64,000 nucleotides of DNA from an uncultured Desulfarculus sp. (GTDB lineage Bacteria; Desulfobacterota; Desulfarculia; Desulfarculales; Desulfarculaceae). The stretch covers positions 384,001-448,000 of the forward strand of contig CAXXUK010000001.1 of the NCBI GenBank assembly GCA_963665125.2, read 5' to 3'. A program made the position numbers and the translations under genes. The notes under the pieces are model-generated. The model saw only the letters and a program-made list of their open reading frames with translations, searched no databases and was not told the DNA's origin. Positions 17,351 to 27,534 of the stretch are shown one piece after another. The first letter of the stretch is position 1, and each line of letters opens with the position of its first letter.

Positions 17351-19210
17351 ATGGCTGAAATATTCGGCACGTCAAACAAGATATTGGAAGTGGATCTGAG
17401 CGCAAAGACCTCAAGGGTGTATGAAGTGCCCGAAGATATCCGCCGCAGGTACCTGGGGGCAAAGGGCCTCGGGCTCAAGCTGCTGTATGACCGCATGAAC
17501 CCCGGCTCCGATCCCCTGGGCCCGGACAACCACATAGCGTTCATGCCCGGCGTGCTCATGGGCACCGGTGCGCCGTGCACGGGCCGTTTCCATACTGTGG
17601 CCAAGTCGCCCCTGACCGGCATATTCGTCACCAGTTCCTGCGGCGGACCTTTTGGCATGAATCTCAAGACCGCCGGTTGGGACGGGCTGATCATCAGGGG
17701 CCGCTCGGAAAGCCCGGTCTATGTTGTCGTGGACTCCCAAGGGGCCGGTTTCAGGGACGCCAGGGCCTTGTGGGGTCTCGATACCGTTGAGACCCAGCAT
17801 AAGCTCGACGGCAAACGCATGGCCTCGGTGGTGATCGGCCAGGCGGGTGAAAACCTGGTGCCCATGGCCAACGTCCGCAGCGGACACCGTTTTTTGGGCC
17901 GCGGCGGCATTGGCGCGGTGATGGGCTCCAAAAACCTCAAGGCCGTGGTCGCCCAAGGTGGGGCCTACAAGATAAGGCCCGTGGATCAGCAGGCCTTTGA
18001 CAAGGTCAAGAAAAAGGCCGCCAAATACATCGAATCGAACCACATGACCAGCGAAAGCTACCGCAAGTACGGCACCGCCTACAACATGCGCGAAAGCCTC
18101 AGGGGCGACATAGTGCCGGTGCGCAATTTCAGCGATGGCAACCACCCTGACTGTGACCGGTTATCCGGCCCAAGCATGGCCGAAAGGTGGTCCACAAAGC
18201 CGCACACATGCCGGCCCTGTTCAATTCTGTGCGGCCATCAAGCCAATATCAAGGGGGAAAAACGGGCCTTGCCCGAGTTTGAAACAGTGGGGTTGATGGG
18301 CACCAACCTGGAGATTTTCGACCCGGAAACTGTCAGCGATTTTAACGAGTTGTGCGGTAAATACGGCATGGACACCATCAGCGCTGGCGGCACCATCGCC
18401 TGGGTTATGGAGGCGGCCGAGAGGGGACTGATTCATTCTGATTTGCGTTTCGGCTCGGAAGCCGGGGTTCGTGAGGCCATCGCCGACATGGCCCTGCGGC
18501 AGGGCTTTGGCGACGAGATGTGCCTGGGCACCCGCCGGCTTTCGCAGAAATACGGCGGCGGTGATTTTGCCATGCAGGTCAAGGGGCTGGAAATGGCGGC
18601 CTATGATCCGCGCGGCTCGTTCGGCCAGGGCCTCAACTATGCCGTGGCCAACCGCGGAGCCTGCCATCTGTCGGCCTATTTGTGCGCCCAGGAGGTGTTC
18701 TTCAATCTGCTCAACCCAGACAGCACATACGGCAAGCCGGTGTGGGTGAAATATTTCGAAGACCTCACGGCGTGCGTCAACGCCCTCCAGACCTGCCAGT
18801 TCACCATGTTCGCCTATATCTTCGAGGTGCCGCTGACCAAATACACGCCAGACTGGCAGCTCAAGCTGCTGATGCAATACCTGCCCAAGATGACCACCTA
18901 CCTGGTGGACTTTTCGGTCTACCGCAACCTGTGGAACTCGGTAACAGGCCTCAAGCTGGGTCATATGGAATTCCTGCGTTGCGGCGAGAGGATCCATGTC
19001 TTGGAGCGCTACATGAACACCCGGGAGGGCGTCAGCCGCAAGGATGACACCTTGCCCAACCGGCTGCTGACCGAAGGCCGCCGCAGCGACCCCAGGGGGC
19101 TGACCGTGCCCCTGGACAAGATGCTCGACGGCTACTACAAGGTTCGGGGCTATGACTCCGACGGCATACCAACCGGCGATTTGTTGAAAAGGCTGGAGAT
19201 CCAGCGCTAG
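17351..19210 (+). CDS. aor: aldehyde:ferredoxin oxidoreductase (tungstopterin family)
   Basis: ILEVDLS, KSPLTG, GRGGIGAVMGSKNLKAV, CxxCxxxC, PEFET, GMDTISAG, NRGACH, ML..YY..RG; start ATG 17351. Confidence 0.9.
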   Translation: MAEIFGTSNKILEVDLSAKTSRVYEVPEDIRRRYLGAKGLGLKLLYDRMNPGSDPLGPDNHIAFMPGVLMGTGAPCTGRFHTVAKSPLTGIFVTSSCGGPFGMNLKTAGWDGLIIRGRSESPVYVVVDSQGAGFRDARALWGLDTVETQHKLDGKRMASVVIGQAGENLVPMANVRSGHRFLGRGGIGAVMGSKNLKAVVAQGGAYKIRPVDQQAFDKVKKKAAKYIESNHMTSESYRKYGTAYNMRESLRGDIVPVRNFSDGNHPDCDRLSGPSMAERWSTKPHTCRPCSILCGHQANIKGEKRALPEFETVGLMGTNLEIFDPETVSDFNELCGKYGMDTISAGGTIAWVMEAAERGLIHSDLRFGSEAGVREAIADMALRQGFGDEMCLGTRRLSQKYGGGDFAMQVKGLEMAAYDPRGSFGQGLNYAVANRGACHLSAYLCAQEVFFNLLNPDSTYGKPVWVKYFEDLTACVNALQTCQFTMFAYIFEVPLTKYTPDWQLKLLMQYLPKMTTYLVDFSVYRNLWNSVTGLKLGHMEFLRCGERIHVLERYMNTREGVSRKDDTLPNRLLTEGRRSDPRGLTVPLDKMLDGYYKVRGYDSDGIPTGDLLKRLEIQR

Positions 19211-19264
19211 GAAAGGCATCAAGACAAAAGCCCGGGGACTGGTTGCCCGTACGAACGAAAAAAC

Positions 19265-19297
19265 GCTGCCGAGCCGGCGAAAAACCGGCCCGACAGC
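19265..19297. terminator. imperfect hairpin between convergent genes
   Basis: GCTGCCGAGCCGG-CGAAAAA-CCGGCCCGACAGC. Confidence 0.35.
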
Positions 19298-19329
19298 GTG
19301 CCTGCGGTAGGTCCGGGAAGATTATTGAC

Positions 19330-20481
19330 TTATCTGTAAGCCCCTTGTTTGATCAGCTTGTTGGGGCGGAAGATTTCCTTGCCGTACCTGTCGGCCAGGC
19401 CGTCCAGACGGGCGGCCAGGTCCTCCGGCTCGATTCCGGCCACCAGGGCCATGGGGCCGAACATGGCTCCGGTGGCATTGATGATTGCCTTGTCTATATC
19501 TTCCAGCTTGCAGGCTCCAGCTTCGATTATTTTCATGGCTTCGTTGGCGTTGACAAACATCATGTTCATGACGTCGAATTTGTCGGTGGCCTTGTCCATG
19601 TCGATGGCGGGCCGGCCGTTGCTCCAGTCGAACAGGCCCTTGCCGGTCTTTTTGCCCAGGTTGCCCTGGTCCACAAGCTGTTGGATTGTCGAACCGATCT
19701 TGAAGTCCGGGTGGATGGCCTGGGCATAGTAGGCGCTGCCCATCACCGAGATGTCCAGGCCGGTATAATCCATGGTCTCGTAGGGACCCATGGGGGCGCC
19801 GGTCTTGCGCACCGTGGCGTCCAACTCCTCGGGCTGGACTTCGCCGCTGTCGAGAATGGCGTTGAGCAGCACGCCGCTGGGGGCCTGGACCCGGTTGACG
19901 ATGAAGCCGGGCACGTCCTTTTCCACTCGCACCGGGACCTTCTTGTTTTTGAGGACGAACTCCACGCAGATGTCCATGGTTTCGTCAGAGGTGCCCTCGC
20001 CCCGGATGACTTCCACCAGCTTCATCAGCACCGCCGGGTTGAAGTAGTGCAGGCCAACGACCTTGTCTGGTCTGCCTGTGGCCTTGGCGATCTCGGTGAT
20101 TTTCATGGTGGAGGTGTTGGATGCCAGAATGGCGTGGGCCGGGGCGGCGGCGTCGGCCTCGGCGAAGATCTTCTTTTTGAGGTCCATCAATTCCGGCGCG
20201 GCTTCGATGACCAGGTCGGCCTGGGCCACGGCCTGTTTGAGGTCGGTGCTGGATTTGAGCAAATGCTCCCGGACCAGGGCGACGTGTTCCGCCGGCACCT
20301 TGCCCTTTTGGGACAGCTTGTCCAGGCTGGTGTTGATGCGGGTCATGCCCTTGTTAACGGCCTCGTCGTTGATGTCGTAGAGAAAGACCTTGTACCCGGC
20401 TATGAGCGCCACCTCGGCGATGCCGTGGCCCATGTCTCCGGCGCCCACAACGGCAATAGTTTTGACGTCGTCGATAGTCAC
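19330..20481 (-). CDS. 3-hydroxyacyl-CoA dehydrogenase (extended C-terminal domain)
   Basis: GAGDMGHGIA, IEAAPE, SNTST, GLHYFNP, PGFIVNR, PMGP, LGKKTGKG. Confidence 0.92.
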   Translation of the reverse strand: MTIDDVKTIAVVGAGDMGHGIAEVALIAGYKVFLYDINDEAVNKGMTRINTSLDKLSQKGKVPAEHVALVREHLLKSSTDLKQAVAQADLVIEAAPELMDLKKKIFAEADAAAPAHAILASNTSTMKITEIAKATGRPDKVVGLHYFNPAVLMKLVEVIRGEGTSDETMDICVEFVLKNKKVPVRVEKDVPGFIVNRVQAPSGVLLNAILDSGEVQPEELDATVRKTGAPMGPYETMDYTGLDISVMGSAYYAQAIHPDFKIGSTIQQLVDQGNLGKKTGKGLFDWSNGRPAIDMDKATDKFDVMNMMFVNANEAMKIIEAGACKLEDIDKAIINATGAMFGPMALVAGIEPEDLAARLDGLADRYGKEIFRPNKLIKQGAYR

Positions 20482-20491
20482 TTTGGCCTCC

Positions 20492-21400
20492 CTAGGAAAT
20501 CAAGCCCATGCTGTGCATGAAAATGTCGGTGCCGCTGTTGAAGGTCTGGTTTTCGGTCAGGTCGCTGATCTTGTCGAAGTTGTCCCTGATCTCCTCGGCC
20601 GTCACCAGTTGGTCGTTTTTGACCAGGCCCACGCCGGCATTGCTGACAACCGCGCTACGGGCGAACCAGCCGCCGCTCATGGTGAAGGTCATGCCGCTGA
20701 CCTGGCATTCCTCGGAACAGAGGTAGGTGACCATGGGCGTATTGAATTCGGGACGCAGCTTGTCCTTGAGGTCCGGTCCGAAGATATCGGCGGTCATCCG
20801 GGAATAGGCGTTGGGGGCCACGGTGTTGACCATGATGTTGTATTTGGCCGCCTCGAGCTTGAGGGTGTTCATGATGCCCACCAGGCCCAGCTTGGCCGCG
20901 CCGTAGTTGGTCTGTCCGAAGTTGCCGTAGAGGCCCGAGGTGCTGGCCGTGAAGATGATGCGGCCGTAGAGATTGTCCTTCATGACCTTGGCCGCGGGCT
21001 GGGTCAGGCAGAAGGCGCCCCTGAGGTGCACCGACACCACCAGGTCCCATTCATCGGCGGTCATTTTGAAGAACGAGCGGTCCCGCAGGATTCCGGCGTT
21101 GTTGATCAGGATATCCACGGTGCCGTAGTTGTCCAAGGCGGTCTGGACAATGCTTTGGCCGCCTTCCATGGTGCTCACCGAGTCGTAGTTGGCCACGGCC
21201 TCGCCACCGGCGGCCTTGATCTCCTCGACCACGGCGTCGGCGGCCGCGCTGCCGGTGCCCACTCCGTCGACGGAGCCGCCCAGGTCGTTGACCACGACTT
21301 TGGCTCCGCGCTTGGCCAGATCCAGGGCATAGGTGCGGCCCACGCCGCCTCCCGCGCCAGAAACGATCGCAACTCTTCCGTCAAATCTTATTTCACTCAT
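20492..21400 (-). CDS. SDR, MFE-2/17beta-HSD4-like (3R)-hydroxyacyl-CoA dehydrogenase
   Basis: FDGRVAIVSGAGGGVG, VVVNDLGG, NNAGILRDRSF, GLYGNFGQTNYGAAK. Confidence 0.88.
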   Translation of the reverse strand: MSEIRFDGRVAIVSGAGGGVGRTYALDLAKRGAKVVVNDLGGSVDGVGTGSAAADAVVEEIKAAGGEAVANYDSVSTMEGGQSIVQTALDNYGTVDILINNAGILRDRSFFKMTADEWDLVVSVHLRGAFCLTQPAAKVMKDNLYGRIIFTASTSGLYGNFGQTNYGAAKLGLVGIMNTLKLEAAKYNIMVNTVAPNAYSRMTADIFGPDLKDKLRPEFNTPMVTYLCSEECQVSGMTFTMSGGWFARSAVVSNAGVGLVKNDQLVTAEEIRDNFDKISDLTENQTFNSGTDIFMHSMGLIS

Positions 21401-21444
21401 TTGGAGTACTCCTTGTGAATAGAGCCGAAATGCGGCGTTGAAAG

Positions 21445-21486
21445 AGGGGGACGGCCCGTCCCTCGAAAATAGGCCGTCCCCCTTTT
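21445..21486. terminator. stem-loop between thiolase and SDR
   Basis: AGGGGGACGGCC...GGCCGTCCCCCTTTT. Confidence 0.55.
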
Positions 21487-21593
21487 AGCCGAACCAGGGC
21501 CAGACCCCTCTAGCATTCCTTAGTTACGGCTATGTCGAGAACAAACCGGCGATCCGGGCCGGGAGGTTTGGCCCGAAAAACCGGCATTGCTTG

Positions 21594-22796
21594 TTAGTTT
21601 TCGCGTTCGATGACCGTGGCCACGCCTTGGCCGCCGCCCACGCAGGCGTTGGCCACGCCCCAGCGGCCGCCCTTGGCCTCCAGGATGCGGGCCAGGGTGC
21701 CGACCAGGCGGCAACCCGTGGCGCCCAGGGGGTGGCCGATGGCCAGACCGCCGCCCATGACATTGACCTTTTCCGGGTCCAGGCCCAATTGGGCGATGCA
21801 GTTGAGGGCCACGATGGCGAACGCCTCGTTGATTTCCCAAAAGTCCACTTCCTTGGCATCCAGGCCGATCTGGGCCAGGGCCTTTTGGCTGGCGGGCACC
21901 GGGCCGTGCCCCATGATCGTGGGGTCCACGCCGGCGAAGCCGATGCTGCGCACCGTGGCCAGGGGCTTGATGCCCTTGGCCTTGGCTTTTTCCTTGGACA
22001 TCAGGATCAGGCCCGTGGCCGCGGCGTTGAGCGGCGAGGAAACACCTGCGGTGATCATGCCGTCTTTCTTGTAGGCGGGCCGGAGTTGGGCCAGGCCCTC
22101 CAGGGTGGTGTCGCCGCGGACGGCCTGGTCCGTGGTTACGGTCATGGTGCTGCCGTCCGCCTGGGGCGCCTCGATGGGCAGGATCTCGCCGTCAAAGAAG
22201 CCGTCGGCCTGGGCCTGGGCCGCCCTCTGGTGGGAGCGAACAGCCCATTTGTCCATGTCCTCTTTGGTGAAGTCGGTCTGGCTCAGCAGCTTTTCCGCGG
22301 TCATGCCCATATTCATGGCGTTCATCATGTCCCAATGCAGGTATTCCTGGCCCATGAAAAGCTGCATGTTCGGAGCGACCAGACCGCGTTCCTGGGTGGA
22401 CCCGCCCATGGACACTCGGGTCATGTGCTCCATGCCGCCGACCATGACGACGTCGGCCGCGCCGGTGGCGATTTCCATGAAGCCGATATGGATGCCGGCC
22501 ATGGCGCTGCCGCACTGCTGATCCACAAACTTAGCGCTGATGGTCTCGGGCAGGTTGGCCATGAAAATGGGCATGCGGCCGCCGTAGGTCCACTGCTCGC
22601 CGATGCCCATGGCGCAACCCACAATGAAGTCATCGATTTCGGCCGGTTCGACACCTGACTTTTCAATGAGTTTCGGCAGGAGTTTTCCGATCAGTTCGTC
22701 GCCGCGCAGAGCGTGAAACCAGTCGCGTCCGGGGTCGTTGGGACGGCAGCGGGACTGGGCGGTGCGCAGATAACCGACAATAACTACTTCTTGCAT
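21594..22796 (-). CDS. thiolase (acetyl-CoA C-acyltransferase)
   Basis: QQCGS (catalytic Cys), GGMEHM, EINEAFA, GHPLGATG, CVGGGQG; start ATG 22796 with AAGGAG RBS. Confidence 0.95.
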   Translation of the reverse strand: MQEVVIVGYLRTAQSRCRPNDPGRDWFHALRGDELIGKLLPKLIEKSGVEPAEIDDFIVGCAMGIGEQWTYGGRMPIFMANLPETISAKFVDQQCGSAMAGIHIGFMEIATGAADVVMVGGMEHMTRVSMGGSTQERGLVAPNMQLFMGQEYLHWDMMNAMNMGMTAEKLLSQTDFTKEDMDKWAVRSHQRAAQAQADGFFDGEILPIEAPQADGSTMTVTTDQAVRGDTTLEGLAQLRPAYKKDGMITAGVSSPLNAAATGLILMSKEKAKAKGIKPLATVRSIGFAGVDPTIMGHGPVPASQKALAQIGLDAKEVDFWEINEAFAIVALNCIAQLGLDPEKVNVMGGGLAIGHPLGATGCRLVGTLARILEAKGGRWGVANACVGGGQGVATVIEREN

Positions 22797-22809
22797 CCTT
22801 ATGGTCTCC

Positions 22810-23469
22810 TTAATGGGAATTCGCCTGATATGCCGCCAAAATCTGGTTGTTATCGCAGTATGCATCGGTATAACCGGATGGCTGAACGACACCCAGAAAC
22901 ACTATGTCCAGGATGTCGTCCACCGCCTCGATCAGGTCGTATCTCTTGGGGGTGTACAGCCAGAGAAGCACGGTTTGGTTAACCGCGCCGATCAGCACTG
23001 CCGCAGTCGTTGCCACGTCGATGTTGTTGTTGAACTCGCCGCTGGCCATGCCTTGTTTGATGGTCGACTCGACCAGCCGCCTCAATTTATCGAGGGGTTC
23101 GGCGGAGTTTTCTCTTTCCAGCATCTGGTACTGATGAATGCAAACGCGGCAGGCCCTGCCGAAAATCGGATCCTGCTCGAAGGCCTTGGCATACGACCCG
23201 AGGATTCCCCTGATCTGGTGTCCCGCACCCCTGATGAGTTGCAGGTGCTCCAAGACCATATCTTCAACTTGTCTGGCGAATTTTGCGATCACCTGGCCCA
23301 GCAATACCTGCTTGTTGGCGAAGTACTTGTAGATGGTGCTGTCGGAAAAACCGGCCTTGTTGGCGATTTCCTCAACCGTGGCGTAGTCATAGCCGTTTTC
23401 CGCGAATACTTTGGCCGCAGCCAAGATAATCTGCGCCTTCCTGGTTTTGACTTTAGGCAATTTTTTCAC
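22810..23469 (-). CDS. TetR family regulator (FadR-like)
   Basis: HTH ATVEEIANKAGFSDSTIYKYFANK; lies within the beta-oxidation operon. Confidence 0.88.
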   Translation of the reverse strand: MKKLPKVKTRKAQIILAAAKVFAENGYDYATVEEIANKAGFSDSTIYKYFANKQVLLGQVIAKFARQVEDMVLEHLQLIRGAGHQIRGILGSYAKAFEQDPIFGRACRVCIHQYQMLERENSAEPLDKLRRLVESTIKQGMASGEFNNNIDVATTAAVLIGAVNQTVLLWLYTPKRYDLIEAVDDILDIVFLGVVQPSGYTDAYCDNNQILAAYQANSH

Positions 23470-23486
23470 GACAGCACTCCCGGCTA

Positions 23487-25286
23487 TCAGTCGTTAAATG
23501 CGGCTGGCTGGATCAAGGCCGTAAGACCATCGTCCTCTTCCAGACGGTCCGCCAGACCGGACATCTTGGACAATTCGTAATGGAAGAAGTAACGCATGGT
23601 ATCCAGCTTGCCCTGGAAGAACTCTTTTTCCTTTTCCGAAGGATTGCCGGCCAGACCCTGCTGGGCGGCGACGCCCTGCTTGAGCCACTGCCAGGCCACC
23701 ACAACCAGACCAAACATCTCCAGGAATAGCGTGGCGTCGGCCAGGAAAATGTCGGGCCTGCCCTTCATGGCCAGGGCGATCTTGGCTTTGACAACCTCCT
23801 GGAGCTTGTCCATGGCCTGCTGCAGGCGCTGGGCATAGGGCGCCGTGGCCTCGTTTTCGGCGGCTTTGGCTAATACCGGGGCAACTTCCTTGAAGAACAG
23901 CTTCAGGGCCTTGCCTTCCTCCATCATCACCTTGCGGCCCAGCAGGTCCATGCCCTGGATGCCGGTGGTGCCTTCATGGATGGGATGGATGCGGCAGTCC
24001 CGGTAATACTGCTCAAGGATGAACTCATCGGTATAGCCGTAGCCGCCCAGGATCTGCACGCCCGCGCTGATGGACAGGATGCCCATTTCAGAGGGGTAGG
24101 TCTTGGCCACCGGGGTCAGTAGTTCCAGCAGCAGCCAATAGTCGTGCTTGGTGTCCTCGGGGCCGTTGAGGGCCAGGTCGGCGTACTTGGAGGTCTCCAG
24201 GATCAGCGACTCGGAACCCTCGGTCACTGCGCGCTGGAACAAGAGCATCCGCTTGATGTCGGCGTGGTTGATGATCATGACCTGGGGCTTGGTCAGGTCC
24301 TTGTCGTTGATCATGCGGCCCTGGGGACGCTCGCCCGCGTATTCAAGGGAAGCGTAATATGCTCCCGAAGCCAGGCCCGTGGCGCCGATGCCCGTGCCGA
24401 TGCGCGCTTCGTTCATCATCTGGAACATGTAGCTGAGGCCCTTGTGCGCCTCGCCCACCAGCCAGCCCCGGCAATCGCCTTCCTCACCCATGCTCAGATG
24501 GGCGATGGGGCAGCCGCGGTAGCCCATCTTGTGGAAGATGCCCGCGGTGAGCAGGTCGTTGGGGACCAGTTCGTCGCCCTCGGGACGATACTTGGGAACC
24601 AGGAACAGGCTGATGCCCTTGACGCCTGGCGGGGCGCCTTCGATGCGAGCCAGCATCAGGTGCACGATGTTGTCCACGGCGTCGTGGTCACCGGCCGAGA
24701 TGAATATCTTCTGGCCCTTGATCAGGTAGTGGTCTCCATCGGTGGGATAGGCCATGGTGGCCACATCGCTGAGCGAACTGCCGGCGTCGGGCTCGGTGAG
24801 GGCCATGGTGCCCTGCCAGGTTCCGTTCATCATGTTTTCGATGTACGGCTCGTGGAGTTCCTTGGCGCCGAAATCGCGGATCAGGTTGGCCGCGCCGATG
24901 GTCAGGCCGGGGTACACCGATCCGCCGTAGTTGGCCGCGGCCAGGATCAGTGAGCAGGCGTTGAATACCGTCAATGGAAGCTGTTGGCCGTCTTCGTCAT
25001 AGGACAACGGAGCGGTGAACCAGCCGTTTTCGGCATATGTCGCGATGTAGTCCTTGACCGAGGGGTGAACCTTGATCTGGCCGTCGACCAACTCGGGGGG
25101 CTGGCGGTCCATCTCCTGGAAGAACGGGTAGAGTTGGTCATTGGCCATGCGCATGGCCATGTCCAACATGATGTCGAAACCTTCCTTGTCATGATCCTCA
25201 AAGAAAGGAATCGAAATCAGACTCTCCACGTCGTGCACGTTATAAAGTAAAAACTTTAAGTTGCGTTCGCTGATGAATTTACTCAT
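23487..25286 (-). CDS. acyl-CoA dehydrogenase (about 600-aa type)
   Basis: GTMALTEPDAGS, GQKIFIS, KGISLFLVPK, FQMMNEAR, QILGGYGY, IHEGTTGIQ. Confidence 0.95.
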   Translation of the reverse strand: MSKFISERNLKFLLYNVHDVESLISIPFFEDHDKEGFDIMLDMAMRMANDQLYPFFQEMDRQPPELVDGQIKVHPSVKDYIATYAENGWFTAPLSYDEDGQQLPLTVFNACSLILAAANYGGSVYPGLTIGAANLIRDFGAKELHEPYIENMMNGTWQGTMALTEPDAGSSLSDVATMAYPTDGDHYLIKGQKIFISAGDHDAVDNIVHLMLARIEGAPPGVKGISLFLVPKYRPEGDELVPNDLLTAGIFHKMGYRGCPIAHLSMGEEGDCRGWLVGEAHKGLSYMFQMMNEARIGTGIGATGLASGAYYASLEYAGERPQGRMINDKDLTKPQVMIINHADIKRMLLFQRAVTEGSESLILETSKYADLALNGPEDTKHDYWLLLELLTPVAKTYPSEMGILSISAGVQILGGYGYTDEFILEQYYRDCRIHPIHEGTTGIQGMDLLGRKVMMEEGKALKLFFKEVAPVLAKAAENEATAPYAQRLQQAMDKLQEVVKAKIALAMKGRPDIFLADATLFLEMFGLVVVAWQWLKQGVAAQQGLAGNPSEKEKEFFQGKLDTMRYFFHYELSKMSGLADRLEEDDGLTALIQPAAFND

Positions 25287-25299
25287 TCTTTAAGCCCCT

Positions 25300-27432
25300 T
25301 TAATTATTGGCGTAGAAGGTTTTGCCCTGTTCAGCCATGTCCTTGATCAGTTTGGCCGGTTCAAAGCGTTGGCCGTATTTGGCCTCCAACTCCACCAGCT
25401 TTTCGTAAACGTTTTTGACGCCCCATTTGTCGGCATAAGCCAGGATGCCGCCGCGGAAGGGCGGGAAGCCGGTTCCCATGATCATGGCCAGGTCCATGTC
25501 GGCCGGGCGGTCGCAGATGCCCTGTTCCATCATCAAAGCCGCCTCGTTGATGGCGTTGGCCAGCATTAGTTCGATGATCTCGCCGTCAGCGGCCTTGCGG
25601 GGCTCAACGCCGTTGTCCGCCAGGTATTTGTCGACAATTTCCTTGACCCTGGGGTTGGGCACGGGTTTGCCCGAGGTGTAATCCATGAAGCCGGCTCCGG
25701 TCTTGCGGCCGTAGTCGCCCAATTCGTAGATGGCTTGGGTCAGCGGGTGAACCTTGTATCGTTCGCCCATCTCCCGCTCGAATGTCTTGTTGACGTGGTA
25801 GTTGATGTCGATTCCGGTCAGGTCGGCCAGGGTTGCCGGGCCCATGGGCATGCCGAAATCCAGCATGGCCGCTTCGACTTCTTCTCCGCTGACGCCATCG
25901 GCGCTGAGGAACACGCCGCCGCCCATCAGGCCGCCCAACTGGCGCGAAACATAGAAGCCCGGCCCGTCGTTGACCACCACGGGCGTTTTCCTGATGCGTT
26001 TGGCAAAGTCAACGCTGGTGGCCAGGGTCTGATCCGAGGTCTGCTTGGCGCAGATGATCTCCAACAGAGGCATGCGCTCGGCCGGGTTGAAGAAGTGCAG
26101 GCCGATCATCCGGCCAGGGTCTTTGAGGACACCGGCCATCTCGGTGATGGGCAGGGCCGAGGTGTTGGTGCCGAAGATCACGTCGTCGCGGCAAGTTTTT
26201 TCCAGGGTCAGCCAGATATCCTGCTTGACCTTCATGTCTTCCAGCACGGCCTCGATGATCAGGTCCACGTCGCCCAGATCCTCGAGTTTGGTGGTGGTGG
26301 TCAGCTTTTCGGCGATGAGCCTGTCCAGGTCGGCGGACTTCATCTTCTTCTTTTTGATCTGAAAGGCAAAGGTCTTCTTCACCGACTCAACGCCCTTGGC
26401 CAGGGCCTCCGGGTTTATGTCCCACAGCACGCAGTCAAAGCCGCCCGCTAAAAGCAGATGCACGATGCCGCAGCCCATGACGCCGCCGCCCAGTTGGGCC
26501 ACCTTTTGGGGCTTGGTCGGTTTGACGTCCTTGATCCGGGGCAGGCGGCCGGCCGAACGCTGGGTTAGGAACATATTCATCATGTTCTTGGCCACGTCGC
26601 TGGTGGCGCAGTCGGCGAAGAGTTCGGCTTCACGCTCGATATCGGTCTGGAAATCCGCGGTGAGGCCCTTTTCCAAGGCTTCAACAATCTTCAGGGGGGC
26701 GATGTAGCCTTTGGACTTCTGGGCGATCTGCATCTTGGCGAAGCCCAGAACCGCCGCCTTTTCCGCGGCGCTGGGCAGGCGGCCCAGGTTTTTGCTCACC
26801 GCTCTGGCCCGGACATTGGCAAGGCCCATTTGGAACAGGCCCACGGCCTCCATGGCCTTGTCCATCAGCTTGTCGGCGGGGACTATTTCGTGAATCAGGC
26901 CGTAGAGCAGAGCCTTGTCGGCGCTTATCTGGCGGCCGGAGGTCATCAGATCCAGGGCCCTTTGCAGACCCACCAGACGGGGCATGCGCTGGGTTCCCGC
27001 CGAACCGGGCAACAGGCCCAGTTGAACCTCGGGCAGGCCCAGCTTGGCCGTGGGTACGGCAACGCGGTGATGGCACGCCATGGCCAACTCCAGGCCGCCG
27101 CCCAGGCAGTTGCCGTTGATGGCCGCGATCACCGGCTTGCGGCCGCCCTCAAAGGCGTTGAACAATTCATGCAAGCTCATCAGGCCGGGCAGAATGTCTT
27201 CACGCTTTTCAACGGCCTTGAGCAAGTTGATGTCGCCGCCGGCGATGAATGTTCCGCCCGTGCCGGTCAGGATTAACGCCTTGACGGCATCATCATCCAG
27301 AGCCTCCATGATGGCCTGACCCAGTTCCTGGGTGAAATCGGCCGAGAATTGGTTCACCGGAGGGTTGTTCATGGTCAGGACGGCCACGCCATTTTTGATA
27401 TCAACATGTACTTTGTTGTAGTCGGTCTTCAT
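25300..27432 (-). CDS. fadB: multifunctional enoyl-CoA hydratase / 3-hydroxyacyl-CoA dehydrogenase (FadB/FadJ-type)
   Basis: Crotonase domain (NPPVN, FIAGGDI, GGGLELAMAC, PEVQLG) plus HAD domain (GGGVMG, IEAVLE, NTSAL, HFFNP); start ATG 27432. Confidence 0.92.
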   Translation of the reverse strand: MKTDYNKVHVDIKNGVAVLTMNNPPVNQFSADFTQELGQAIMEALDDDAVKALILTGTGGTFIAGGDINLLKAVEKREDILPGLMSLHELFNAFEGGRKPVIAAINGNCLGGGLELAMACHHRVAVPTAKLGLPEVQLGLLPGSAGTQRMPRLVGLQRALDLMTSGRQISADKALLYGLIHEIVPADKLMDKAMEAVGLFQMGLANVRARAVSKNLGRLPSAAEKAAVLGFAKMQIAQKSKGYIAPLKIVEALEKGLTADFQTDIEREAELFADCATSDVAKNMMNMFLTQRSAGRLPRIKDVKPTKPQKVAQLGGGVMGCGIVHLLLAGGFDCVLWDINPEALAKGVESVKKTFAFQIKKKKMKSADLDRLIAEKLTTTTKLEDLGDVDLIIEAVLEDMKVKQDIWLTLEKTCRDDVIFGTNTSALPITEMAGVLKDPGRMIGLHFFNPAERMPLLEIICAKQTSDQTLATSVDFAKRIRKTPVVVNDGPGFYVSRQLGGLMGGGVFLSADGVSGEEVEAAMLDFGMPMGPATLADLTGIDINYHVNKTFEREMGERYKVHPLTQAIYELGDYGRKTGAGFMDYTSGKPVPNPRVKEIVDKYLADNGVEPRKAADGEIIELMLANAINEAALMMEQGICDRPADMDLAMIMGTGFPPFRGGILAYADKWGVKNVYEKLVELEAKYGQRFEPAKLIKDMAEQGKTFYANN

Positions 27433-27518
27433 CTGGCCTGCCTCTTTCCTTGCTGAGCGGTTGCCGCGCATGGCACTGTTCGCAGCAAAATGCATAAAAA
27501 ACAATGGAACCAATCATG

Positions 27519-27534
27519 GCAAGAGGCGTGCCAA
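27519..27534 (-). promoter_or_regulatory. sigma54 (-24/-12) promoter of the beta-oxidation operon
   Basis: Minus strand TTGGCACG-CCTC-TTGC, exact consensus, about 90 bp upstream of fadB and next to a sigma54 activator. Confidence 0.88.
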
